This document shows positions 11,259 to 23,800 of a stretch of DNA of 64,000 bases, piece by piece. Where the stretch lies: positions 186,001 to 250,000 of the forward strand of contig DF236972.1 in the NCBI GenBank assembly GCA_000708835.1. Reading direction: 5' to 3'. Within the stretch, counting starts at the first letter, position 1, and every line of letters begins with the position of its first letter. A program made the translations under genes and the position numbers. A model generated the notes under the pieces. That model did no database searches. It saw nothing but the letters and a program-made list of their open reading frames with translations, and was not told the origin of the DNA. Source of the stretch: Klebsormidium nitens (lineage: Eukaryota > Plantae > Klebsormidiophyceae).

Positions 11259-14077
11259 CTACCAGCAGTCATCATCCACTTCGATGCCAAAGTGCAGTTC
11301 GAGCGACAACTTGTTCCGGTTGTACTGCACCTCCAGAGACCCAAGTGTGGCAGGGGACTGCAACAATATATGAGGAATATCGGCACGTATTCGAGAATCA
11401 GTTTGTAGACCTGCCGCTTTTATCAGTAATAATTTGCAGCTCATGTATCTTGGCAAAAATATCACGCAAACTGCTAACGAATCCTCCACGTCTGTGCGAC
11501 TACTCTCATTCCAGCATTTTGCAACGCCCGCTGCCATTGCCAAATGACTTCAACAGAGTTCGGCCAACGGACTGTCAAACATTGTGAAAACTGTTAAAGA
11601 AAAGCGGATCAGAAGGAAGACAATTTGTCCATCTGCTGAAACGTACATTGACTTGAATAAATGCTGCCCCATCCTAATCAAGTCGTCAACCTTTTCCCAA
11701 AGAATGGGCCTTGTTGAGAGCTGACGACCTTTTCGGCTGGTGATTGTCAAACGTATTTGTAATCCAGCCAAGCTGCGTATCAGTGGATGCGCATGCTGCA
11801 ACTCCTTTAGGGCACTTTCGACTTGCTGCCTCCGTCCATTGAAAGCGAGCCAGCTCAAAGAAGACAAGTTGAGGCACCCCTTATTTTCAGGGTTTAATTC
11901 ATCAAACGTGTGGCATAATGCTTGTAAATTGAGTTGGATGTCAAATCCAGCCCTCACCTCGCTGGACTTGTAAGACTTCTGGAAGCTACGCTTCCTCCAC
12001 ATAGAAGCGGTGTAGCCCTCACGCTAGATATTTTGAGCGCCGAACAGCTCTTGGACGGCATCAAAGGTATCGAACCTGGAGTCGTCAATGAGAGCGCTTC
12101 AGTTTTGAACCGGATTTCTAGTTTGAAGCATGCAGCAGAGGAGTTTGGCAGTCCATTTTCGACGCACCGTTGAAGCTGACGGAACGTGGAGGTAGATCTG
12201 CAACGCAGATGCCTTTTATCTTATTTCTTTGGGCGGCTTCTTTGATATCTGGATATCATATTGGTTCCCTCACCTTCGGATCGTCACCACTGATGTCAGC
12301 TTGTTGTCCTTAGTGGGTTGAATGAGCACGCCTGCAAAAACACCGGGAAATCTTTGAGTTTTTCTGACGGTCTGATTGTGCAATACTCTTGCATGGAATT
12401 GTCAGTTGATTCTCAATGGAGTGATGCGAGACTGAAGCTGAGTGACTCAACCTCTCTTTCCACTTTTCAACAAGATCGAGCTTACCTTTCCCATCAAAAA
12501 GCGCCATGAAGATCTCCTGAAGCATTCCTTGCTCGGTGACCACCACCTTTTTGGACTGGCCGCCCCAATCGCAGTTGTCAAACTTTTCACGGGGAACAGC
12601 TTTGACCAAAGCCTTGCCCCATCTGCAAGCACCGTATCACAAGGTTAGGAATGTTGAGGAGAAGCTTCTTTGAAGTCACATCACCAGCCAACCGTGGCCA
12701 CCTTAGTACCAGTACCTTCAAAAAAATTCCATATATGCTGCATTACGAACCTGCATCTTCCAAGTCATGGAATCCATATCTGGAAAGTCTGGAAGTAAGC
12801 CAGAGATGGTCTTGTTCTAAACCATGAGTGTCTGGTACAACCAACTACAATACAATCTACGCATCGAGCTTCACTTACATTCCAATAAGACTTGCAGAGT
12901 ATGCTTTGACCATTGCCCGTCTGTGGTTAGCAATCTCAAATACAAAGAGCTGAATGCAATGCTTTCAAAGATTGTGCTCAGGTGGAAAGCCTACGAAAAG
13001 TCTTGACTTGCACTTTTGGCTGCTCTTACTTTGCAAAGAGCTTGTTGCCATCAACAGGCTTCTGCTTCTTAGCCGGCGGTCCTGCCACTGCAGCCGACCC
13101 TGCTCCAGCACCTTGGTTGCTGTTGAGCTTTCTCTTCAAGCTGGCATTCTCGGTCTTCAGCTTGCTGTTCTCGGCCTGAAAAGGTAAGACGATGGTTGGC
13201 AGCTGCCTTTGATACCAGGCCAGGCGGCAGAAAAGGTTTGGTGCTTTGTTGTCTCACAATTTCATGTGGCAGTTGGCCCTTTAGCCATTCCTTGTCATGA
13301 TTGTGATGACTGTAAACCCTCTAGGTTGACGCAGGTTGGGGATGTAGCTGCTATTGAGGGTCAAAAGCTGCATTCTGATTTTGAAAAAGATCAGAAAGCA
13401 ACCTTTTTCAAGCTTGATGCAGTGCTTTTTCAACGAGAAGGATCAACTGACCTCCAGCTTCTTGTTCGTGCTCCTGAGCTCCTCAATAAGTTCAGACCCT
13501 GTGGTTGGAGTGGCGGCCAACGCCTGCAGCATATTTATGGTGGTTTGGAGTCTCATAAACACAGCAATTCGTTTTCTTATAGCGCCTCAGTTTCATATTT
13601 ACAGAACAACATGAATGGTTAAAGTGTATCAAGGCTTAAAAAGGTTTACATCCTCATAGTGCCTCAATGGCGCCTCTCAGCCTTCCATATACGTGATGGA
13701 ATGTCTAACAGGAACGCCAGAACTGAAGATTCATGACATGTCTTGGCAGAAGTTAGGTACTAGCACAACAAAGAGATTGACAATGAGCTGAGCATCATAC
13801 CAACTTGGACAGCACACCGTAATGCTCTTACTTTGCCCGTCTCAGGAGAGAACGCGTCTGCTCTGTGACTGCCGTTGGCCGCAAACGCGAACTGCTTCAA
13901 ATTGAACATCGGCGGCGTTGCTGCTGGTACACTGCCAGCGACAGGCGCGGAAGTTCCAGCAGGCTGCACATTGGCTGCCCCATTGCCTCCGGGTGTCACT
14001 GCTGCTGCGGCAGGCGGGAAGAATGACAGGATGCTTGGAGTTGTGGAAGTCTGCTCGGCCATCACTGCTGCTGCCAT
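11259..14077 (-). CDS. Uncharacterised protein gene with an in-frame TAG at 12026-12024. Exons 14077-13832, 13175-13030, 12622-12486, 12331-12274, (optional 12197-12168), 12075-11958, 11357-11259
   Basis: All junctions are GT-AG and phase-consistent, giving ..KLFAKWGKALVKAVPREKF..LFDGKGVLIQPTKDNKLTSVVTIRRFDTFDAVQELFGAQNI*REGYTASMWRKRSFQKSYKSSESPATLGSLEVQYNRNKLSLELHFGIEVDDDCW*. Confidence 0.7.
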
Positions 14078-14733
14078 AGTCCTTCAACGATAAGACGCGT
14101 TAAATGTCAATCTGAGAACCCTTCTGTACTTTCTGCCGGCAAGTTCCTGATCTGCTTCCGGAATCAGAGTTTCAAAGAGACAGTCTTTTGAAGAGAGTTG
14201 GTGAGACTGAGAGACTCGTACCTAGTCCAGCACTGGCAGCAGATTTGCCAGCCGTGCTGGCCTCAGATCATCAGACGGTGCTTCATGACGAAAAGTGGCG
14301 CGAAGGTTTCAAATTTTAAAGTCTAGCCACTCTTCTGGCGCCATCTGGCAGGTCAGCTACACCCGATACTCATTGCCGTCGATCATCTCAATCCTTCGGC
14401 TGACAACTGATCAGAATTTCACAAGCGAGCCCCGGCGGCCGCCTTCGCGGCCGGCATGGTCCCGACATCATGCATGTGGTGCATCATTGCCGCCACACTG
14501 AGTCTGCAGTGGACGCCTGGCAAGCCAAGCCAAGCTCATTGCAGGATGATGAAAGGAGCGCTCCTTAGACTCGGACTCAGTAACTTACCGGTAAGAGTTT
14601 AAGGGTACAGAAGGAGGCTACAGCTAGACTGGATCGAGAGAGCATCTGCTTGTTGAGGGGATCAGCACGGACTTGGCAGTCAAATTACATACATCAGACG
14701 CGCTACTCGAGAAGACTGCAAAAGCAGCTTGTC
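14078..14733. promoter_or_regulatory. Probable bidirectional promoter between head-to-head genes
   Basis: Divergent ATGs at 14077 (-) and 14734 (+), with a GC-rich core at about 14425-14460. Inferred from geometry only. Confidence 0.5.
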
Positions 14734-15970
14734 ATGGGTTTGGCAGCTAAGCTGCTTCTTGTCTGCTCTCCTCTCGCTTATGCAGCATTGAAGGCGCCTT
14801 CCGCACCCTTGCGCTTTGCCCTTGGCTACTCTGCTGGCGTCGGGTTTGTAATAGCGGGTGCTGCCTCACTCGACATCCCTTGGCTCCTCGGAAAGCGGAG
14901 GCGCGATGGCAGTGTTCCCCTCTGGTCATATCTCCTCTTCTCCTCATTCCACATGGGGTTCAGGGTGTACGTCAAAGTTCGGAGGCTGGTCTCAGAGGAA
15001 CCCGTTTACACCAAGGTGACGCCTGAGTGGTATGTCGGCGGGTGGCCGTTCGCACCAGGGGATGTTCCAGCTGGGAAACCTGCGGTTGTAGACTGCACTT
15101 GTGAACTGCAAAGGACGGCGGTGGTTGCAGATTTGCCATACTTAAACCTGCCAGCATTTGACTCGCGTGTTCCAAAGCTAGAATATTTCGATGAGGGGGT
15201 GCGGTGGTCTCTGGAGCAGCAGCAAGCGGGGAGACCTGTGTTCGTGCACTGTGCTTTTGGTAAGTGGCACTTTGGTGACCTGCTGATCATCGCTTGCTCC
15301 TCAGTGGACCGCGATGATTCAATTTTTCTGGGGTTGAATCACATAGGTCGTGAGATTGTCACCACTGACAGTTCACCATTAGTATGGACTAGTGCCACCA
15401 AAAGATGCTGTTGACTGCTCTGTCTATCATGGCGTCCAACCTGCTCATGACCACCTCAACTAAAAGCACGTCGTGATTTCCCCTTGGTTTCATCTGTACT
15501 GGGTATTGGTGCTGAACCATGTGGTTCCCCGATCTGGTCGTCATCTTCGATCCTGTCACCATCATCAATTCCTTGAAAATAAAGTAAAGACTTTCTTTCT
15601 CTGACAGCGCACCCACATGGGCCTCTTCCTTGAGACTTTCTTTGACAACTTGTGCGCCCAGCAGTTCTGGGCACGAGTTGAAAGTTGACCCGAGTCAGAT
15701 CATGTTAGCGAAGTAAACCAAAGAGCCGTTCAAAGGGCATTGTCACGATTTTCTTTCCCCCTCAGTTGCTGATGTGTATGTGTCTCTGCAGGGCATGGGC
15801 GTAGCGTGGCTCTGCTGTGCGCATGCCTAGTTGCTCAGGGGGCAGTGTCCTCCTGGCAAGAAGCCTTTGCGTTGATCAAGTCTGTCCGGCCGCATGTACG
15901 AATGAACAGGATACAGCGGGAGACTCTCATGCGGTGGTGCGAACGCTATTCGCAGAATGCGAAGACATGA
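14734..15970 (+). CDS. Membrane-anchored dual-specificity/PTP-like phosphatase (YnbD-like). Exons 14734-15259, 15792-15970
   Basis: Splicing across the intron assembles the P-loop VFVHCAFG|HGRS (HCxxGxxRS). Hydrophobic N-terminal segments, a YVGGWP motif and a typical C-terminal IKSVRP..MN motif are present. Confidence 0.85.
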
Positions 15971-17845
15971 AGATCCCTCAAACTGTAGAGATATCTACTG
16001 CCGTTATTGATTTGATGTACGGGGTACAGCATAATGTCTATCGGGGTAATAAACAGAGGCTTTGAGCCGGAGCGCTTGAGCATCAGTTTGGATCCGGTTC
16101 TCCGTGTGATTGTTTCCCGTATGTTTGAACACAACAATAGAAGCAATCAAGAGGACACGTACAACATAGCAGGACGCTCACGCACAGTCACTGCCGTAAC
16201 AGCTTAGGTCATTGTGATCTCAGTTAACGGGTAGGGATCAGAAAATTCAACGCACGCTACTGGCCGGAGCTAGATCAGTACGGTGTCAGGGTTAAAAGCA
16301 CAGCAGATTGAGAGACAGCACCAGACGGAACGATGAAGAGAATCTGAGTCAAAGATTTGGGAGAATTTTCGTCGGAGTGCTAGTATGAAGAAGTGGTATC
16401 TCCGGGCATGCATCAGGTGCACCATGGGCGGCAGATGCTTAGCACGTCGCTTTGACTATGTATTCCTACCCGCACCGTACTAAGCATTGCAGGACGAGCA
16501 GAACTGGCAAGCTTGTTCTAGCTGCCCAGCTTCCGTTCATGAACCTGTGATTCACATGAGCATGTACCTGCAGATCCGCACGTCCTCCATGCATGTACGG
16601 AACTTTCGCACCACATGAACTCAATTATCACACCTTCGATCGATGACATCATGGACTGTATATATTTTCATGCACTTCAAGTGAGCCGCGCTCAGAGCCT
16701 GCTGTCATAGCAGCCCCGCCATATACGCGTCGTGGCAAAATGAATGATACCTCTCAAACAGAGCTAGTTTTAATATATCACATGCGCTCCCAAACATGCA
16801 CGCGGCGTCGCTGCCACCTGCGAGAAACATACATACGAGCTTTTCTAAAAGAGGTAGTTATCGCAGAATATGCGCACCATGCCCATGTGTCTGCAACTCC
16901 CTGCACACAATTCGAGGTCGCTTGTAGGCCTTGAATCCACTCACATGCTCCGCCTCGGTGTATAACTGGGCACAGTTTCGAGCGGCCAGCTTTGCGTCTT
17001 GCTTCAATCACTGATCAGAGATTATGCAATTCGGATATCAGCTGCTAAAACAGCAGTGTCGGGTCGGTGGACCTGACAGACAGAGCCGTCGCGTCCAGGT
17101 TCCATGATGCTACAGAGCAAACAAAAGTATAGGCTCAAACCGGGAGCTACGGTCAACCAATGTATCGCACGCCGCAGCTACCTAACTTGACAGTCTGGCT
17201 GACTGGCTAGAATTACAGAGCGCGCCAGCGCAAGAGGGAAGGATGCACTCCTCTATTTATGCTTCAATCAGGGGAAAATCGCCTTCCTCACAAATTCTTG
17301 GGAGTGGATTGGCTTTCAAGCGGCCGGTCGCGTATCTGCACAGAAGAGAAGAGCAGACTCAGGTCACAACGAAGCAGACGCGATAAGATAAAGAATTTAT
17401 ACGCTTGGATGAACGCAAAAAAAGACTTCAATTAATTATTGAACAACAACAAGAGGTCTCTGCACTCAGCAGAGAACCAAAGCAGGGCCTCTAGAAGAGG
17501 TTTGCATTGAATTAGACCTAGGTATCCAGATTGATTTTGGAACTACGAAACAGTTCTGGAGCACCTTAAGAGAAGGGACCCTTTTCGAAAGTTCTGGCGC
17601 TCTAGGGAAACGCCATAAGGTTAGATGAGAAAGCATTTGCCTTCAAAATCCAAGCACGATCCTCTAACCCCAACAGGTGCCATCATCATGCTATTCGTAA
17701 AGGAAGCAGCTGAATCTCAATTCGTAATTGGCAAAAGTTGGATTTGAAAAGATCTGCTTGATTAGGCTCACCTTTCGCGCACCGCTCTTGATTTGATCTC
17801 TCGGCCCTCAACAGGGCTATGTACAAATATGCCACGAATCGTATT

Positions 17846-20800
17846 CTAAGCTGGCGCGCTTTGAGCAGCTTTCGCCTTCCTCCTTTTGGAGCCCGCAATC
17901 ATCTCCCTGCAGAGATACCCCCACCTGGTCAAGTCCTGTTTGAAACCGAGTGACGCCAAGAATGGAACTTCTCCATTTCACGACGTACTTGGATCTCCAA
18001 ATATTGCCTCGTAAATCAGTACACACAGATGATCGTCGGCTCCAAAAACGTTAGGTAAATGGAGTCCGAGTTGAAAGATTACCGCCCTACTGAATATGAC
18101 GACAACACTGCCAAACACTTTGATTAAATAGAGGGTCTTGATCCGCGTCCGAGGATAATCCGATTGAGACCATACTCACCGCTTTCTCTTCGCGGCTTGG
18201 ATCTCAGCCCGGGGCACCGTGCTGATCGGCTTCCTCTTCGGCACGTGGTTCTTTCGGTGCCTCCCCTGCAAAACGGAAAACAAGTTGCTTCAGCAAGCGA
18301 GCCTCGGAAGTTGGCCTGCGAGACTTTGTTATCTACAAAGCGGCCCTGACTGCAATACACGGATATTTGAGGCACGATGTCTTCCCCCAGCCTTCACGAG
18401 CAGTCTCGCCAGGCGACAATGTCCGATGAGCAAAAGGTTCCGGAAACGTTTGTGCATGGAGAAGACTATTCTTTACCGTCCAATCGAACGTTCTCAGGCC
18501 AGAATGTGGTACGCAAATTTGTCTCGCGACCGTATTTCCAGGCAGACGCCCCTGGGATGTATGTAACGTTCCGTTTCAGAGTTTCGCGAAAACGAAGGAT
18601 TGACGGAGTCGCATACGCACTTCCAGGGCGCTTCTCATTAGTTGTAAGATACCAAGAGCTCGCCATGATCTAGTATCCAAAAAAGGTCCACCTCAAGACT
18701 TCACTAAAGTCACGTCCAGCGGAACTTAAAAGACCTTCTATCACTCCGGAAAGACGGCCAGATCCGGACACGCCACGTGTCTTTACCTGCTTGGGCAGTG
18801 CCAGCAGCCAATCCGGGACCTCGCAGCCGGACGCCTTCATCACGTTCGCGATCGAGCGCAGCATCGGGGTGTCGTCTTCCGTGTAGAACGTGGTCGCTTC
18901 ACCCGGCCGCCCTGCCCGACCACTGCGGCCTGCAGATTCAAAGAGCATGTTGTTGAAAAATAATATGGCCGACAAAAAATATGAAAAGATGTGGCGGACT
19001 CTTTACAGGGAGCAGCCCCGTGTGTTCAGACCTTCAAAGGTTCCAGGGCAGCAGTCCTCTAGCGCGGTCGAGAGACTCATCAATCCTGTGGGTTCGAACC
19101 GTAATCGCGAACATATCATCGTACTTCCCGCAGAGCTTACGGTCACCTAGTCGACCCAAACTCGCACCAGTTGAAAGTTCGACTCCATGACAGACGGGAG
19201 TCTTCTCACCGTCAGCTCTTTAGCAGACATACGGACAGTAGGATGCAGAAGAAGGCGAAGGGTCTTAATTGCGTCGGTGAAGCAATCAAGTTCACTGGTG
19301 ACAACCAAATTGCACCCTTCTACACGGTAAAAGAAATCTCCCAATTCGGAAAGCTGTGGTCTTACCGATCCTGTGGATGTACGATGCGATGGAGGGCGGG
19401 AAGTCGTAGTTGACCACGTGGTTCACGCCCTTGAAGTCCATGCCGCGACCCATCAGGTCCGTTGCGATGAGCACCCACGTCCCGCCGGCTCGAAACGAAT
19501 CTACGGCATGCTCTCGCTGCAAAGAAGGATGCTTCACGTCAGGGGAACGGCTGAAAAATACTGGTGGGATAGACCTCAAGGCCGTAGCACCAAGAAACGC
19601 GTCCACCAACTCCTTTCTGCTGCACGAAGTGAGTCGGAGGTCATGTCGGAGGATTGCTAGGTCCAACTTGTGGAGCTGCCACTGCACGTCACTCAGCAGT
19701 TAGCAACCTTGTATGCTTCTAGATCCGATCCACAAGTGTAAAGCTGTCAGAAAATCTAGCAAAGGACTCTGTGTCAGAAAGTTTAGCAAAGGACTCAGAG
19801 GGAAAATGACTCGTCGAGACAAACAACCACATAGCAGTCGAACTTCGCGTTCCTTTCCCGTACCTGTGCCTGCGTCCTGTCGGCATGGATGGCGTCAACC
19901 TTGACGCCGTCGTACGCCAGCTCCTTATGCAGCTCTTTGGCCCGGTCTTTGCTCTGGACGAAAACCAAAACTGGCGGATGCAGGCCCTGCATCAACCACG
20001 CGCCGCCGCGTGTCAGATTGGTGTTGCTTGCGTGTGTTCAGATAAGCAGCCTAGCAACCTGCCTGCAGTCGAGCTGGCACCAAACACACAACGGATGCAT
20101 GATGCTCGTTTCTAGCGTAGGCTATACCTCTCAAAGTTTTGAAACCTTTTGCAACGCCCAAGGGATGCGGTCAATGCAATACAGGAAGCACCATCAACGA
20201 TGTTTTGATACCAACGACGATCTTTCAGAGACAAATGCTGAAGGGTATTGACGAAGATAGGCAACCTTGGTTTTAGTGGTTGCAAACAATCACTGAAGGG
20301 ACGGGTTGGAAAGCGCAAGTCAAAGCAGAAAACTCGCAAGCAAAGGAGGGGCTGATATAGGGCTGGGCATCAGGTTGTCAGAGGTTAGAAAATCCACACG
20401 GAGATTCGGCAGGTGGAAAACATATTTCTATCTTCTCATCATTTGCCCAGACCCTACAGCCATACTTCTTAAGGATCGAGATCAGAAGCGGAAGAACAGA
20501 CAAAAAAGCACTGATTGACACAGTTTGAGAACATGCAATAATATCGATGCAATGCTGCGCCCAATCGGAGACCGAAACCTGAATGTAAGACCTTCAAGCA
20601 AAATCCGAAGCGAAAAGTGGACCTGAATTTGACAAAATGCCACAGCGTTAGATGCGAGCAGGGTGCGGATGGGTATCGTGACTGAAGCAGGCATGAAACA
20701 AAACTAGCGACTTGAAAACCGGTTCTACTGACAATATCTATAAGCCCTTCCGGCGTCCTACTCAGATGCTACCGAGCCTGGAAACCTTTCAGAGGCGCTA

Positions 20801-23800
20801 CGAGGAGGCCATCAGACAATCAACACGGCATCGTTCAGCCCGCCCGTCTGCAAGTTCTTCATCATCAAGGTTTCCGGACCCGCACCGAAAAGGGTCAATG
20901 CTTCGCTGTGTAGTAACATTCGCGATAAGCTTGAGCCTGCTCGACAACCAAAGACACGGCTAAATACCACGGACCATGCGCTTCCAAAAGCAGATCAGAG
21001 AACTCAGGGGTCACATGTCTGTACATAACACAGTTCGCAACCACGAAGCTTAGAAAAGGAACGAGCGCAATCAGATAAGATACTCAAAGTCAAAACATGC
21101 AAGACAAAGGACTACTTCGCCAAGAAATAGAATCTGCAACAGATCCGGGACAAGACGGGATCAGAACAGATACAGCATGGCCGGCTGTTCGAAAGCAAGT
21201 CAAAAAAGGAGGACACAAGTAACTCACAGAGCGAAGCACTTCGATGAATCCAAAACTAAAAGTGAAAGTTGTCCCGTGACTTACCTGCTGGAACATCTGC
21301 CGGATCGCCAGCAGCTTGCCTTCCTCGCTACCCACGTAGACAAGCTTCTGCTTCACCGTCTTGGAGGCGCTATTCCTGTTCACAGAAGTAAGGGAATAAT
21401 GTCACAAGGAAAGCATGCCAGAGGCTAAGGATCCAGCGGAGATGCCCCAAAATGCGGACCTTTTCAAAAACCCTGGTGACAAGACGTCCGTACTTCTCTT
21501 TCCTGAAACCCGCGGTGATGTGCGGAACCGACGGCATGCGCTGAGCGGGACACCGAAGTTTCTGTTGCCTCGGACGGAACTTTTCAGACTCTACATGCGA
21601 AAGGAACCAATAATCGTATGACACCAACACAAAGAGACGTCGGAAAAGGTTGAAAGAATATTCGCACTCCATTTGGCTGATGGCTGATTCAGGCAGGCCA
21701 AAGCCGGTAAGCCTGAGTGTGCGGGTCTCTTGCATCGTGATTTAACAGCCTGGCTACATTGACTACCAGACTGGTGATAGCGATGCGTGACAAGGGGCAG
21801 CTCAAAGAGTAACTAACGAGAAACTGGATACAGAAATTTAGGTAAACCCTGACATAGGACATTCATCTGCCGGAATTCTTCGTAGATTTTGTTTTCTTTC
21901 CCCCAAGCCCCTCGAAGGACTTCTTATTGATGACAGAGGACTGAACGAACTTAACGAGGCAATTGACTGCTTTTCCAAACTCCTCTTTGGACCCGGCCTT
22001 CACAACTGTGCAACCTAGAAGACACTGCTCTTTCATCGGGCAAGCGGCACTGAGTTCCAAACGCCTGGAAAAACAAGCAAGCACGAATCCCAGACACTCG
22101 GAGAAACCTTCTCAACTCTAAGTAGAGTGAGCTCACCTTTCGCCCAAGGCAGCGCGGCGGTGGAGAGCGACAATTGCTCTCCTTCCCAAGCAAAAAGCTT
22201 ATGTCCAACCATTCTCACACACAGAAATGAAAAAGACGACGGAAGCGGACCCCTCGCCTAGAACCCTCACCTGTCCCCCACGACGATGCGAACGGGGTCG
22301 TGCATGATGGAGCGCGCGAGCTCCTCGACGGTGTCCGGCAGCGTGGCGCTGAAAAGTGCACGCTGGATGCCGGGACGAATGCACGCCGCCACGATGCCGT
22401 CAATCTGCTCCACGAAGCCCATCTCGAACAGCTTGTCCGCCTCGTCCAGAACTAAGTGCTGCACCCTGCGGAAAGAGATGCTGAATTGAAAAGCAGATCT
22501 GAAAGCTTATGTCCGATGCAACTTATGTCCGATGCAAAACGTTTTAATACTTGGCGAAGCAGATTGAGCGGCCAATCTGTTCCACGGAGCCCATCTCGAA
22601 CAGCTTGTCCGCCTCGTCCACAACTAGGTGCTGCACCCTGCGGAAACGGAAGCGAGCTTCGAAGGCACGTTCAGAAGCTGGATTACTTGGCTGGAAATAG
22701 ATACATATCTTCTCGAGGTTTGAATGCTGACTAAACCTTCATTGCAGGTTGAGCCGTCATCTGGTTCAAAATCTAAAGCTTGTTTCAAAACCAGAGGCTG
22801 CCGCCAGCGGAGAAATTTGGTCCAGTCAAATAGGCTGACGGGTAAGTGCATACTCAGACCAATTCTAATTCTTCGCTCTCAATCGACCAATCGACCAACC
22901 TGCCTGCCTGGCACAGCATCAAGTGCTCCCTTTCTAAAGATAAAAGAAGCGACCCACGTCTTTTGAGTCTAATGCAAAACTACCCTATCAGTCAGGCGGC
23001 TCAATTGGGCACTTGCTCCATCAAACGCAGAGCCTCCAAGCACTTTCTTTCTCGTGTCCAAGGTCAAAGGGGGGTGACAATTGATCTGCAAAAGCTACTG
23101 CTTTGAATCAAAGAGCTAACAACCATCAAAGCGGACACGTACGGGTCGAGCATGATAGAACCTCTGGCGGAACAGAGGTAAGACAGTCGGCTCCCTTATT
23201 TGCAGGACGCTGGGCAGGAACCACAGAAAAATGTCTGCTCAACGGTGATGCTCAGATAAATCCCTCAACATGGTTCTCGACACAAGGACATTAGCCCTTT
23301 CCGTTGTCCAGACATATGTTAAATCATCACTGCATCACCCACGTACAGTCGACCATAAAGTGCCAGTCAGTGATACACCGACATGGCTTGGCTAAACCAA
23401 TGTTCCACCAGTAAGTTTGATCAGGCAAGCAAGAATTATGAAGCGAGACCAAAAGCGCGTATGCCAGCTCGAGCTACGAGCAACGCTGGGTATGGTCTAG
23501 AAGACCTGTGTCTTGATCACACAAAAATCACCAGAAACACGCCAAAAGCAACATCTACAAACTGAAGGCAAGCGAAGTCAAACGTATTAAAGACGGCTGC
23601 ACTCAGACAAGGGGTCGTTGTTGATGCTCACGGGGCCGCAGCCCCTCTTGCATTCTTCCTATCATAAGACGAGGTCATCATTGTGCTGCCACTGCTCCGC
23701 TGCCGTCAGTTGTCGCAGAAGCACTGGTTTCCGAAAGGGCCGAACCCTACCGCGAATCGAGTAGCAAACATTCGCTACAGAGAACGATATTCGCTATAGA

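Noticed and set aside
12024-12026. TAG codon reassignment as the explanation for the internal stop
   Set aside because: The CEP350-like gene, ROK1, NSI and this gene itself all terminate at TAG
17087-17100. 14-bp match gccgtcgcgtccag shared with about 44469
   Set aside because: Several matches of this length are expected by chance in 64 kb
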